A stretch of DNA of 64,000 bases from Octopus sinensis (GCF_006345805.1 NC_042999.1:57288001-57352000); one strand, 5' to 3'; shown: positions 40,343 to 52,379, counted from the stretch's first letter. The notes: a model not told the origin generated them from the letters alone. Program-made: numbers and translations.

Positions 40343-40343
<1 letters not shown>
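40019..40343. mobile_element. Fold-back element related to the 357-bp hammerhead unit, in (TA)n
   Basis: About 100-bp inverted arms at 40021-40121 and 40197-40299; homologous to 51817-52538. Confidence 0.85.
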
Positions 40344-40383
<40 letters not shown>

Positions 40384-40472
40384 ATATATTATAATATATA
40401 TATATACATACATATATATATATAATATATATATATACATATATAAATACACAGATACACATATACATATGT

Positions 40473-40749
40473 GGAGGCGCAATGGCCCAGTGGTTAGGGC
40501 AGCGGACTCACGGTCGTAGGATCGCGGTTTCGATTCCCAGACCGGGCGTTGTGAGTGTTTATTGAGCGAAAACACCTAAAGCTCCACGAGGCTCCGGCAG
40601 GGGGTGGCGATCCCTGCTGTACTCTTTCGCCACAACTTTCTCTCACTCTTTCTTCTGTTGGCCTGCTCGCTTAACCAGCGCGGTGGCGTCATTTGAAGGC
40701 TAAAAAACAATGCGATGTGTAACAGCATCTGATAGCCTGGTCGGTCACG

Positions 40750-40754
<5 letters not shown>
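40473..40754 (+). mobile_element. tRNA-derived SINE (family B2), full length
   Basis: Near-identical to 52718-53023. Confidence 0.88.
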
Positions 40755-40800
<46 letters not shown>

Positions 40801-41431
40801 TATATATAATATATATATATATTTCTCTTATATAATATATATTTTTCTACATCCTGCTTCCCCTGCGAAACATTCCCTTCATCCGCTGTCGACAATTTCG
40901 ATTCTTCCTGACAATATCGTTCAAATTAACGGCGCTTTAAGTAGCATTGATGCTATATGGGAATGTTTGGTTCCTTCTGAACCATATTGTGGTCTACCTT
41001 TATTTTCTTTTTTTACCATATATGCAACGATCACACCAAACCGGAGCAAATACAATTCCTTAACCACGTACTAACTACTGCATTTAACCATTTACTAAGA
41101 ATAATTTGTGCTTTACTCTTAGTTTACTTTATTTCACATGTCTCTGCCATATCCATGATGGAAACCGTTCTCTCTTTCTCTCCACAGGTCACTGATTATG
41201 TTTCATAAGTCAATTGCCAGCCAGGAAACCGTGGTGTCGTGTCTTGCAAACTACTTGCACATGCAAGTGCTACCAGTTAAAAGCTCCGTATACCGGAAGC
41301 TAGCAAGTGTATGGGGTCATTAGGAGAGAATGCGCGCCGTTTCGGGGCCTATCTCTCGACGGCATCAATGCGCACCGGCCCCCCTCACTGATATGAGGCC
41401 CCGCTTGCTAGATCAGCTGGTTATGAAGAAC

Positions 41432-44400
41432 TCAATATACTTCTAGCCATCGCTCATCGTCTCTTTTTAACCAAATCCAGTGGCTAGCCTTCTCCACTGT
41501 AGATTGGATATCAGTCATGGTGGTATTGACTTTACGATGAGTTAGACCTAGCGATAACAACAGTCGTCTCACGCTGTGTCCAACAAACCCTCTACATCCG
41601 ACTTCGATAGGAAAATGTTCCGCTTTCCAGCCTGCGTCTTCACATTCCTCGAGAAGGTTTTCATAACGGTTCAATTTTCGAGCCCGAGCGGCGTTCATAT
41701 TATCTTCATGAGGAACCGTTAGCTCGACTATATTTACAACTTTCTTTCTTTCACACCACATCAAAATATCTGGTTTTTTCAAAACTGGGATGGGAAAGAA
41801 AACCTGGCACCCAGGTAAATCTGCAGTTACCTCCCAATAGCCGTTCCACTTTTCATTTTTCTCAGGAAGTTTCTTGATCTTCTTCTTGAAACGGATCCGC
41901 TGACCTGGTCGCACGAAGGTAATGAAATCCCTTGATGGTACTTTTAACGGTTTTTCCTCAGTGTTGTTGAGATGAATTTGGTTCTTTATAGCATTGAAGA
42001 TAACCTTAAGGACCAAGTTGTGCCTCCATGTGTACCTGTTGAATGCTAATGAACAGTTGGAAAGAATATGTTTTAGTGTACCGACCTTTCCACATTTGCA
42101 GATGTCATTCTCTAAGACGTTCCATCTTACTAGATTCGTAGGTGATGGCAAAACATCATAAGATGAACGAATCAGGAAACTCGGTCGAGATGTCGTCCAC
42201 TTCCACATCTCATCCCAACTTATCTTCCTCTCAACAACATGGTCTTCCCATCTCGTCATCTGACCTTGATAAACACATCGGATCAAATGAAGCTCTCTTC
42301 TCTCTGCTTCTCTTGTTTTGACGCTGTTGCTAACAACAGATCTGCGTTCACTCGGCATCATGCTTGCAAACGGTCTGAACTGATCTGCGCCAAAACCATG
42401 TCCTTTCCGATGGTTCTGTGTTGCTCCCACCATATCTCTGTGTATAAGAGAAGACAAGATGTCGTCAGTTTCTGCTTCTGCTTTCCACTTCCTGGCTGTT
42501 TTCACCTTTGGTGGGTTACGCCTGATTTCCATATCCTTCGATTCTCTCAGCATCATGACCGTCCGTATCTTCCCTAACTTATATATTTCGACTATTGATG
42601 CTATTGGTAGCTGCAACGAACCTCTTTTACGATAAAGAGCTGAGCTGTTCAACATACGAGGTAGGCCTAGCCACTTTCTAATGAACACATTACATATTTG
42701 TTCAATCCTTTCAACTCGTGACAATGCTACTTCGTATATTAAAAGTGGCCACGCAAGTCGCGGGTACAAGCCGAACTGCAAGCACCAAATTTTATATTTA
42801 CCTGGTAACTTCGAATTATCAATCGCTGATAACCGAGCCTCGGCTTGTTTCATAATTTCAATCCCACGACTTCTGTCTGACAATGTTCCAGCGTATACTC
42901 GTCCCAAGCTCTTGACGGGCTCTTCCTTGACTGTTGGAATGCTTTCTTCAGATATTCGAAATTTAAATTCTTTCTGCACTCCCTTAACAAATGTCAGACT
43001 ACGCGACTTTTTTGCTCTAAATCGCATCCTTGATCACTTTACAAGTTCGTCTAATCTCAAGAGGGCATTCTGCATGATTTGTTTATCTGTAGCTAGAAGT
43101 GTCACGTCATCCATGAAGGCTTTCTTAGGCGATTGTACATGGGCGATTTGTTCCGAAAAATCTACACCTTTCAAAATCAACTCCATGACTAAGATAAACC
43201 ACGTGACAGATATTGTACAGCCAGCAGCAATGCCAACCTCCAATCGGTGCCAATTTGTTGTAAAATTTCCAGTTGTAAACCTCATTTCGAAACTGTCATA
43301 GTACATCCTCATTATTTTTATCACTTTGTCAGGAATGTGGAAGTGGTCCATGGCTGTTATTAGTAATTTGTGTGGCACTGAACCATACGCGTTAGCTAGG
43401 TCGAGCCATACCACGTTCAGACCTTTCTTGTTCTGTTTGGCATCCTGGATCGCTTTCCAAATCTAAAAACAGTGTTCAACGCATCCAGGGATCCCGGGGA
43501 TTCCGGCCTTTTGAACAGATTCATCAACATATCCGTTACTCTGTAAATATGCTACTGTTCTCCTCGACAGAATTCCCATAAAGATCTTGCCTTCCACATT
43601 CAATAAGGATATCGGCCTAAACTGTTTTATGGTCTTTGCATTGGCCTCTTTCGGCAGGTATATACCTTCTGCCTTACACCAATCCTCTACTATAGTCTCC
43701 TCGCGCCACAGTTGTCGGAGTAGGACGAAGAGCTTCTTTCGCAGACGATTGCAGTACTTGTAGACTTTATATGAGACGCCATCACCTCCTGGGGCACTCT
43801 TTGCTCTAGCTTTTCTTACGAAGTCATTCACTTCTCTCTCCCTGATGTCCCCAATCTGGAATTCGATATCAGGTCCTGAGAGATGATTTAGCCCATGTAG
43901 AGGTGGCAGCGGCTGGTTACGGTGCGGATCGCTGTAGGTTTCCTTGATATGAGCATCCAATTCTTCTTTAGTGCACGATAAAGTACCACTCTTCGGTTCA
44001 GTGAACAGCTTCTTAGTAAACCCGTGCGGGTCCTTCAGAAACTGCCCCCGAGTCCTTTTACTTTCTTTTCGACGCTCATATCGGCGGATATGTCGTTGCA
44101 CATAACGACATTTCCTCTTCAAATCGTTATACATCAGCGCAAGGCCAGGTTTCTCATCTAGTGCAGCACATCTCCGTCGCTTTCTTAAGTCGGACTTTTC
44201 CTTCCTCATCTGCTGAATTTTTCTGATCCTCCTGCTTGGTCCACACTTTCCTTTCTCTAGTCGGATATTCTCTTTTATTCCAAATAAATCTTTTCCTATA
44301 TCGTATATTGAGCTTGATAATTTACCCAGTTTCTCCACTGTAGAGCCTGTCATTTTATAAAGAGCCCGACAAACCTTGTTTTCAAACTCTTTATATTTCA

Positions 44401-44725
44401 CTTTCTCATTAGCAGCAGGCCACAAAACCCTCGGTTTCCTCTGAGTATTATCCGATGCACCAGTTTCATGACTTGTAGTTTCATCACATGAAGAGGCCTC
44501 TGCAGTAGCATTTATCGCTCCGCTGTGGTTTGAGTCCGGGGATGATTTGCCACGTGTTTTACGATCTGACGATCCACACTGCTCTGTCCTCTTCTCACAA
44601 GTCTTTCCCTGATGTATCTTCAAGCCTCTCACAGTTGCGAAGGTTCTATAGCACAACTTGCATCCAAAGTTGTTTGCATTTCGTTCGCTGTTCGAATGAA
44701 TAATCATATTCGTTGCCAAGGTCAT
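41432..44725 (-). pseudogene. HERO-like polyprotein (zinc finger, RT, CCHC knuckle, RLE), 1097 codons with two in-frame stops
   Basis: CKLCYRTF..LKIHQGKTC; QFRPISLLNVEGK; WLDLANAYGSVPH; GCTIS; AFMDD; CKCGKVGTLKHILSNC; RYTWRHNLVL; KPDI..VELTVPHE; the three ORF-track pieces share one frame (stops 43463-65 and 43034-36). Confidence 0.92.
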
Positions 44726-44850
44726 TCCCGTGCTGACTGGGTTTGATTGATTCTCGACTCCCCCCTCTCGGTCAATCGTGGAGCTGTCATTTCCTGTTAT
44801 ATCCGTTACAATATATTACAGAGGCGAGAATCGTAAGTCCGCAGCCTCCG

Positions 44851-44925
44851 CCAGTCTTTCCTGGTGTCGATAGTCTTTCCTATTGTCCGCTCGTCTTTCC
44901 GAGCAGTCCTCTTGTCTTTCCAAGA
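44851..44925 (-). promoter_or_regulatory. Array of four GAAAGA-loop hairpins in the HERO-like 5' leader (function unknown)
   Basis: TCTTG/CAAGA, GCTCG/CGAGC, ATAG/CTAT and CCAG/CTGG stems each close GAAAGA. Confidence 0.7.
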
Positions 44926-45017
44926 TGCCTAACCTTGATGATCTTATCTTCCTTCTTTTTGAAGTATTATACACTGATATCCTCAATCCATACACGTTTC
45001 TAATATTTTAGTCTCTT

Positions 45018-46185
45018 AAGGCAGCGAGCTGGCAGAAACGTTAGCACGCCGGGCGAAATGCTTAGCGGTCTGTCTTTACGTTTTGAGTTTAAATTCCGCC
45101 GAAGTCGACTTTGCCTGTCATCTTTCGAGTCGATAAATTAAGTACTAGTTGCATACTGGAGCCGATCTAATCGACTGGCCCCCTCCCCCAAACATTTCGG
45201 GCCTTGTGCCTAGAGTAGAAAGCAATATTTTAGTCTCTTCTAAGCGGTAAACTGGCAAAATTGTTAGTACGCTGGTCAAAATACTTGGGGGCATTTTACC
45301 CGTTTTTATGTTCTGGGTTCAAATTCCGTCGAGGTTCATTTTGCCTTTCATCTCTTTCCGGATCGATAAAGTAAGTACCAGTTGAGAACTGGGGTGGGGG
45401 TCAATGTAATCAGTTAATCCCCTTCCCCGAACTTGCTGGTCGTGGGCCAAAATTTGAGACCAACATTTTAGTCAATTCTAAGGCAGCGAGCTGGCAGAGA
45501 CGTTAGCACGCCGGGTGAAGTGCTTCGCGGTATTTAGCCCGTCGCTACGTTCTGAGTTCAAATTCCGCCGAAGTCGACTTTGCCTTTCATTCTTTCGGGG
45601 TCGATAAATTAAGTACCAGTTACGCACTGGGGTCGATATAATCGACTTAATCCCTTTGTCTGTCCTTGTTTGTCCCTTCTGTGTTTAGCCCCTTGTGGGT
45701 AGTAAAGAAATAGGTATTTCGTCTGCCATTACGTTCTGAGTTCAAATTCCGCCGAGGTCGACTTTGCCTTTAATCCTTTCGAGGTCGATAAATTAAGAAC
45801 CAGTTACGCACTGGGGTCGATATAATCGGCTTAATCCCTTTGTCTGTCCTTGTTTGTCCTCTCTGTATTTAGCCCCTTGGGGGTAGTAAAGAAATAGGTA
45901 TTTCGTCTGCCATTACGTTCTGAGTTCAAATTCCGCCGAAGTCGACTTTGCCTTTCATCCTTTCGGGGTCGATAAATTAAGTACCAGTTACGCACTGGGG
46001 TCGATGTAATCGACTTAATCCGTTCGTCTGTCCTTGTTTGTCACCTCTATGTTTAGCACCTTGTGGGTAATAAAGAAATAAGAATCATTACCGTGCTGGA
46101 AAAAACGCTCAGCGGTATTTCTTCTGATTTACATTCTGAGTGCAAATGCCACCGAGGTCGACTTCGCATTTCATCCTTTTAGTCA
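45018..46185 (+). mobile_element. Head-to-tail cluster of family A SINEs (about six units, including a trimer with about 184-bp period)
   Basis: Repeated TTCTGAGTTCAAATTCCGCCGA.GTCGACTTTGCC bodies. Confidence 0.92.
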
Positions 46186-49100
46186 CTTCTCTTTTATCTG
46201 CCCGCTCCAAGGCATTGTTAGCTTAACAGTTAAGAATGTTTTTTTGCCAAATCAGACCATGTGAAGTTTGCTAATATAGTATGGGAACATGAGCGGCCTC
46301 TTAAAATCTATTTTTATCCTTCAGTTATTTACACTTTGCAAAATTCTTGATATTTTTAATTTTTTTACTCATATTATTGCATTATATTTTCTTACTCTTC
46401 TTGTGGAAAAGCATGAATTCCACTTTTCTATTTACCTTAAGGAAACTGTATGGCCAATTTAACGAAGCAACGATGATGTTCAAGACTTGGACCAAAGATG
46501 ATTTGCAGCTTTCTTCTGCCTACCATTCATGATGTGTCCACTCCCATATCGCACACTGAGCACCACTCCCGTCCCTTTCTCGTTAAAGCATAGACCTTCT
46601 GGAATTTCCTCCCTCTGCATGCTTTTTTTTTTGCCTGCATTCGTCCCCTGACAATTGTTCAAGAGGGATGGCTACTGCATTGATCTCACACTTCTTGAAG
46701 GAGCTGTGAAGGCTATGAGAACATTCCCTTCCTTCGTACCAAACCAGAAAAAATAGAATTCTTCCAAACTTTCCAATGAATATTGGCGACACACACCATC
46801 ACCAATTACCTCGAAGTCCGAATGTTACCCTATCTGCAAAAGTACCTTTGTAACGCTAACATAGTTCGACTGACAGGCATCCGACTTCTTTACATTTTGT
46901 AAAATACATACGCTTTTATAAGAGAAGTGAACATCTATATGGTTGCTCAACCGACAAGAAATGCCAACCGAATCTCCATCAAATCACACCCTAGCACCAT
47001 ATGTAAAAAAGACAATACTGGACAGCATAGTGAGCCACTGGTATACAAAACAGCAGTACGATCACGAATGTTTTTTGTTTTTTGTCAACTTGATCAAATG
47101 ATTTACTTGATCAGAGCTGACGTGGGATTAAGCAACAGTAGCAGCGGCAGCAGCAATAAAGACCACTTCGAGCTTATGTGCGCTCACGAAACTGTGAGCT
47201 CACATCCACCACTACCACTAATACCATCACAGTACTTAGAAGCAGAAATGTATGTAGACTTTGAACAAAAGGAGAGAAACAGACAGCTTCCTGATAACAT
47301 TCAGCAATACATTTTCAAGCCATTTTCATGTAGATCACTATACTCACCATTTATATTATTCGCTCTGCAAATACTTTGATAACAACAAACCTTAACATCA
47401 GCGGTGAAACCATTTACCATTGCGACCCTTTATAACAAATTAACAAACATCTGTGGTCCGTTATTTTGAATTTATTTCAAAATGGCGCACTTAGTATTTC
47501 ATACTTTCCTAGATAAAATATTTTAATCCTTTATTGTTATTTAGAGTAAATGTTGTGTTGAAACCCTTATATCTAAGTATAACATATTCATGAAGAATTT
47601 ACTAATTATTTCAAAAGTAAGAAACGTTATGTTCGCAGTCGTTTAGAATGTATATCACGGTCCATAAATTGGGAAATGTTAATTAAATCAACAGAGAAAA
47701 CTGATCAACGCATTGATCTTTTCATCTGAAACTTCATAAATACTTGCTATTAGATCAGCTGGCAGAAAATTCGACGCTGAAATTCATGTAACTTGTTCTA
47801 CGTTACATAAGGGATCCAGTCCCATGAAAGGGTGCAAAATGGGTACTTTTTCACTGAACTTACTATTGTGAACTACGTAACTAGGTTTAACCAGAATAAA
47901 TTAATGAACATCTCACATATGTCTGTCTTTTGACAAGTACGAAATGTTTCCATTTCCTATGCATCTATTGTTGTACTTTGAGAAGGTCATGCAACCAATA
48001 AAAAATACATGCACTGCTTGTATTTTAATTAAATTTTCTTATAAGTACAGTGTTTTCATTTACTTTATATGAGAGTTTATAATTTCAAATATACAATTTT
48101 TTTTTTATGACAAATTTTGCTGTATTGTTATGTTTACTTAAATGAATATCAGTATAGCATAGATTAAATTAATATAAATTACGGTAAATAACTAGAAACA
48201 TTATACACCACAGAAGCATGTGAAGTAATTAATTTCATTTCAATTTATCTCAAGAGAGAAAAGATGAAATATGTTTTACAAAAAGATTAGAAATATATTC
48301 TTGTAGAAAATTAATCTATATGCTCATGTTAACGAACTTTACAACGTTAAACTTCCGTGATATAAGTGATATAAGTGATATAAGTGTAACTCGCTATATA
48401 AAAACAAGCTGCTCAATAAAAACAACATAAAGGCACAGCTGCTCGCAGAACATATCGAATATCATTAAGAATCACAATCCAAACATATTAAGTCAAAAGT
48501 AGCGGACATTCAACTGTCGAAATATACAGCCATTCCCAATAAAAGGAAAATGTTTTGGAAAAAGGGTTAATATTGTGTTGGTGTCTCTACTAACAAATCA
48601 ACTGACTGCACAGGGCTTTCAATGAAATCATTCAAAAATATTCAACATCACCACTATCGCTCAATCCGTCACCAGCAGCTGGATAACACGCCAGTACTTT
48701 CTAAATATATTTAGGTATCACGAGATAAATGAGAGACCTTCATTATAACAGGCAAATCATCGGCGTTTAGGAATGATTCGAAGCTCTGAGATTAGATCCT
48801 TACAAAGAAACAGCATATCATTTGCTAACTGACCCCAATCTTAAATAAAAGTTATGAATTCCTTTCAACCATCTGATACCTGCTAATTTTTTCCATTCTG
48901 AAATGTATATCTGATTTTTTTATAGCTGCTCCTTTCAGCAAATGACGAATAGATAATACACAAACAAGTATCTGAAAAAGTAGAGATGGTAAGTTAAAAG
49001 CATTCAGCTCCCATCAGTCATTTTTTCTCAGTCCACTGAGTTTACAGTCTTCCAAGAAACCGATTGAACATCGTCTGCTTTTTCTTTATTATTTGTTTGT

Positions 49101-49325
49101 TTGGTTTTTCGTTTCCTTTTTTTTTTTTTTTTTGTCATTTAGTCAAGAGGGAAGACAGGGCTTATAAGCTAACCGGAATGCTTGCAATAAAGTGGACTTT
49201 GCTCAGGGCACTTAAGGTGCCGAGTGGTAATGTTAAAGCGGGTGGTAGATTAATTCTATAATCCAAGGAAGTTTAATATCGGTAATTAAAAAAATGAAAA
49301 CATGCGCACGATTGTGTATGCATGT

Positions 49326-49570
49326 ATTTATAGATACTGCAATAGCTTGGGGTTCAAAGGCCCACAACTCTTCAATGCCCAACCACAAAAATTAAGAAAC
49401 CTACACAATGTGGAGGTAGCTATTTTCAAAAAGGATCTAGACATTGTTCTCTCCACAATACGGGATGAACTTACGACTCGGCATAAGGTACAGACGTGGG
49501 TAGCGGAGTCAGTCTCTCTCATACACCAAATGCACCAACAGCCGGGACAAATGCACATACAGGAGTGGTG
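49326..49570 (+). mobile_element. CR1/L2-like LINE 3' end
   Basis: YCNSLGFKGPQLFNA..LRNLH..FKKDLD..L..SLIHQ. Confidence 0.7.
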
Positions 49571-49619
49571 ATGTGAAACTCGACCACCCTGAGGAAATCA
49601 GCCGAAGGAGAATCATAAG

Positions 49620-50017
49620 TAATAAGAATGATAAAAGAATATACATGATAATCGACATAGCATGTCCTGGTGACAACAAGATCAAAGAGTAAGAAGAAAA
49701 AATGAACAACTACGACGATTTGAAGTGGGAAATACGAAGATTGTGGTCAATGAAGGTAGTAGACGTGATACCAATAGTAATTGGCGCACTTAGAGGCATC
49801 AGCACTCAACTACCAACATGGCTCAAAAGGACTAGTACAAATGTAAGGATAGAACACCTACAAAAATCAGCCTTGCTTGAAACTGCAAGAATTCTTCGCA
49901 GGATTCTTGAAGCATGACTAGCAAACAAGAGTCACCTTAGTTTGCTGGCTGTGGACAGCTGACACTTTCCATCATACCCAACAAGAAAAGCTGAGAGTTT
50001 TCATCAAATAATAATAA
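49620..50017 (+). mobile_element. R4/Dong-like LINE 3' end with (TAA)n tail
   Basis: IIDIACPGDN; YDDLKWEIRRLW..VIPIVIGAL..LQKSALLETARILRRIL*; AATAATAATAAT tail. Confidence 0.85.
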
Positions 50018-50139
50018 TGAAGGTGCTCGAAGAATAAGAGGTGTTACCTTAGTTCACTGGTAGTGAAAAGCTGACACCGCAGTACATCTCCAGCGTTAGA
50101 GGCTGTACAAAGGCTATGATAATGATAATAATAATAGTT

Positions 50140-50275
50140 TCAAATTTTGTCACAAGGGCAGCAATTTTGGGGAGGGGTTGAGTCGATTACATCAACCCCA
50201 GTGCCCAACTGGCACTAACTTTATCGACTCCGAAAGGATCAACGACAAAGTCTACCGCGGCGGAATTTGGACGTA
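50140..50275 (-). mobile_element. Family A SINE 3' part
   Basis: Reverse complement of the GTCGACTTTG...TCGATAAA...TGGGG..GATGTAATCGAC body. Confidence 0.75.
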
Positions 50276-50294
50276 GCGATAGAGACAGAAGCAC

Positions 50295-50408
50295 GTATAA
50301 GCGCAGCTTAAGAACAAGCTTTAAGGACCAATTATGTGTCGTGCAGAATCGACAACACAACCGACAACAACAAATGCAGAATGTGTGGTGATAGGGGTGA
50401 AACGGTAT

Positions 50409-50412
<4 letters not shown>
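50295..50412 (+). mobile_element. R4/Dong-like zinc-knuckle fragment
   Basis: AAQEQALRTNY..RIDNTTDNNKCRMCGDRGETVWHI. Confidence 0.75.
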
Positions 50413-50500
<88 letters not shown>

Positions 50501-50529
50501 TACGTTATATTTTGATATTTATAGGCATT

Positions 50530-50617
50530 TTTAAGGACCATGTCCAATATTCGCGGTTTTTCATTATTCGCGAGTGCTCTAGGAACGTAACCCGCGCGAA
50601 TACCGAAGGACTACTGT
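50530..50617. mobile_element. Tigger/pogo-like DNA transposon terminus
   Basis: CGCGAATACCGAAGGACTACTG|TA end. Confidence 0.5.
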
Positions 50618-51737
50618 ATGTATGTATATATATATATATATACACTCCAATGCTTGTTTCCATGTCTAGTTATATATAGGATGTCAAATATTAATGTTAA
50701 ATTAACTCAATATATTTATTTTTGCAAGGAAAATTAACAAAACGACTTCGTTGTTTCACAAATCACAGTCGTTACATTTGTCTTCAGACTCTGTGCATGT
50801 GTGAGAGCGTGCGTGTGTGTGTGTGTCTGTGTGCGTACGTGTGTGTGTGCGTGCGTGCGTGTTTATTGCCAATGTGAGACAGATAAGGAAGAGAGAGTTT
50901 CAAAGGTTAACAATGTATACTTTAATGCTGCTGTAGGGTAGCCCTAAGAGACTAAATGATTTAATCCAAAATGTTGATGAGAAACTTATTGGCGTCGTTG
51001 ATAAAAAAAAAAGAGATTTAATGGAGGGAAAATAGAAGCTTTGAATGGTCCACAACGAAGTGAGTGGAGAAAAGGATTAAAAGAAAACAGGTCCTAGCAA
51101 GCATTTGAACAACTTCTTCGTCTCGACTTGCTCTTCTGTGAGAATTAGTCAATAACGGTGACTGAAGTGTTGAAATATAACGCATAAGAGAAAAGAAAGA
51201 GAAACGGAAAATTCGGGTAAGCGAACGAGAGAAAGAGCGGAGATACTAATGGAGAGAGAAGGAAAGAAAGAAAATGAAGATAGGGAAAGTAGGAGGGAGT
51301 AAACAATTGATAAAATGCTAGAGCACAATAAAATCTAACACAGGAATTATGATAAGGAAATGAATAACGAATATGGAGCAGAAAAATCTGAAGTGAAAAG
51401 TGTAATGGAGCAGAGAGACAGAAAAAGACAAAAAAAAGACCGAAAGACGGGAGAGTGAAAGAGAGAGAAGCCGGACCACAGTTGAAGTTCATGTGTGTGT
51501 GTGTGTGTGGGTGTGTGTGTGTTTGTGTGTGTGTGTGTATGTGTGTGAGTGTGTGTGTGCGCGTGTTCACTGCTTATTTAACTCGTTCAAGTCCCAATCA
51601 AAACGAATTTCATATATTTGATTCTACATTTAGTACTGATTCGCCTGCAATTAGTAAAGGTTTAGTTGCTATTCTTAACACTAGCATAAAATAAATACCC
51701 AAATTTTATACAGGCACACACATATATGATATATATA

Positions 51738-51795
<58 letters not shown>

Positions 51796-52022
51796 TATAT
51801 ATATTATATATATATAGCAATAATAATTCTTTAAACGAGATATAGACAGTAACTGCTTCATAACAAAAGGGACATTAGCCATTTGAATGTGGCTAGGGAC
51901 AGGGCAGGGCGGTGGGGGTGTTACTGATGCATTTAGCCCCAGGCGATCATCAACGTCACCAGATAGGCTTGACACCATCACGGTGTCCTCTATCCTGCAA
52001 AGGGAGATCATTCCCCGAAGAA

Positions 52023-52088
52023 GCGGATGCCACATACGGACCCAGGTTTCAAGGTGTTTGCCTCTCGTCAACGTATCGTAGGCACCGC
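52023..52088 (-). ncRNA. Type I hammerhead ribozyme motif (U3 variant), copy 2
   Basis: Same fold as 52314-52379 with one stem I mismatch; predicted cleavage between 52039 and 52038. Confidence 0.7.
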
Positions 52089-52313
52089 CCCTCGACGAAC
52101 GCATGGGGCTAAATGCATCAGTAACACCCCCACCGCCCTGCCCTGTCCCTAGCCACATTCAAATGGCTAATGTCCCTTTTGTTATGAAGCAGTTACTGTC
52201 TATATCTCGTTTAGAGAATTATTATTGCTGTCGAACAGATTTTCGAAATCAGTAAATGTATTTACGTGAAAATCTATATATAATATCCTGCACAGAGAGT
52301 CGTTCGTCGAGGG

Positions 52314-52379
52314 GCGGTGCCTACCATACGTTGACGAGAGGCAAACACCTTGAAACCTGGGTCCGTATGTGGCATCCGC
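52314..52379 (+). ncRNA. Type I hammerhead ribozyme motif (U3 variant), copy 1
   Basis: CATACG-TTGACGA-GAGG-caaaca-CCTT-GAA-ACC-tg-GGT-C-CGTATG; distal helix GCGGTGCC/GGCA(T)CCGC; predicted cleavage after 52363. Confidence 0.75.

Larger units (their letters stand above)
41210..45000 (-). mobile_element. HERO-like non-LTR retrotransposon (RT plus restriction-like endonuclease), apparently near full length
   Basis: Single-frame polyprotein plus structured 5' and 3' UTRs; outer ends approximate. Confidence 0.85.

Noticed and set aside
41336-41401. HDV-like ribozyme in the HERO 3' UTR
   Set aside because: No room for P3/L3 or P4 and no catalytic C in J4/2; kept only as a pseudoknot candidate
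45480-46085. CRISPR-like repeat array
   Set aside because: Units are whole SINE bodies of about 184 bp with no unique spacers; eukaryotic context with no cas genes
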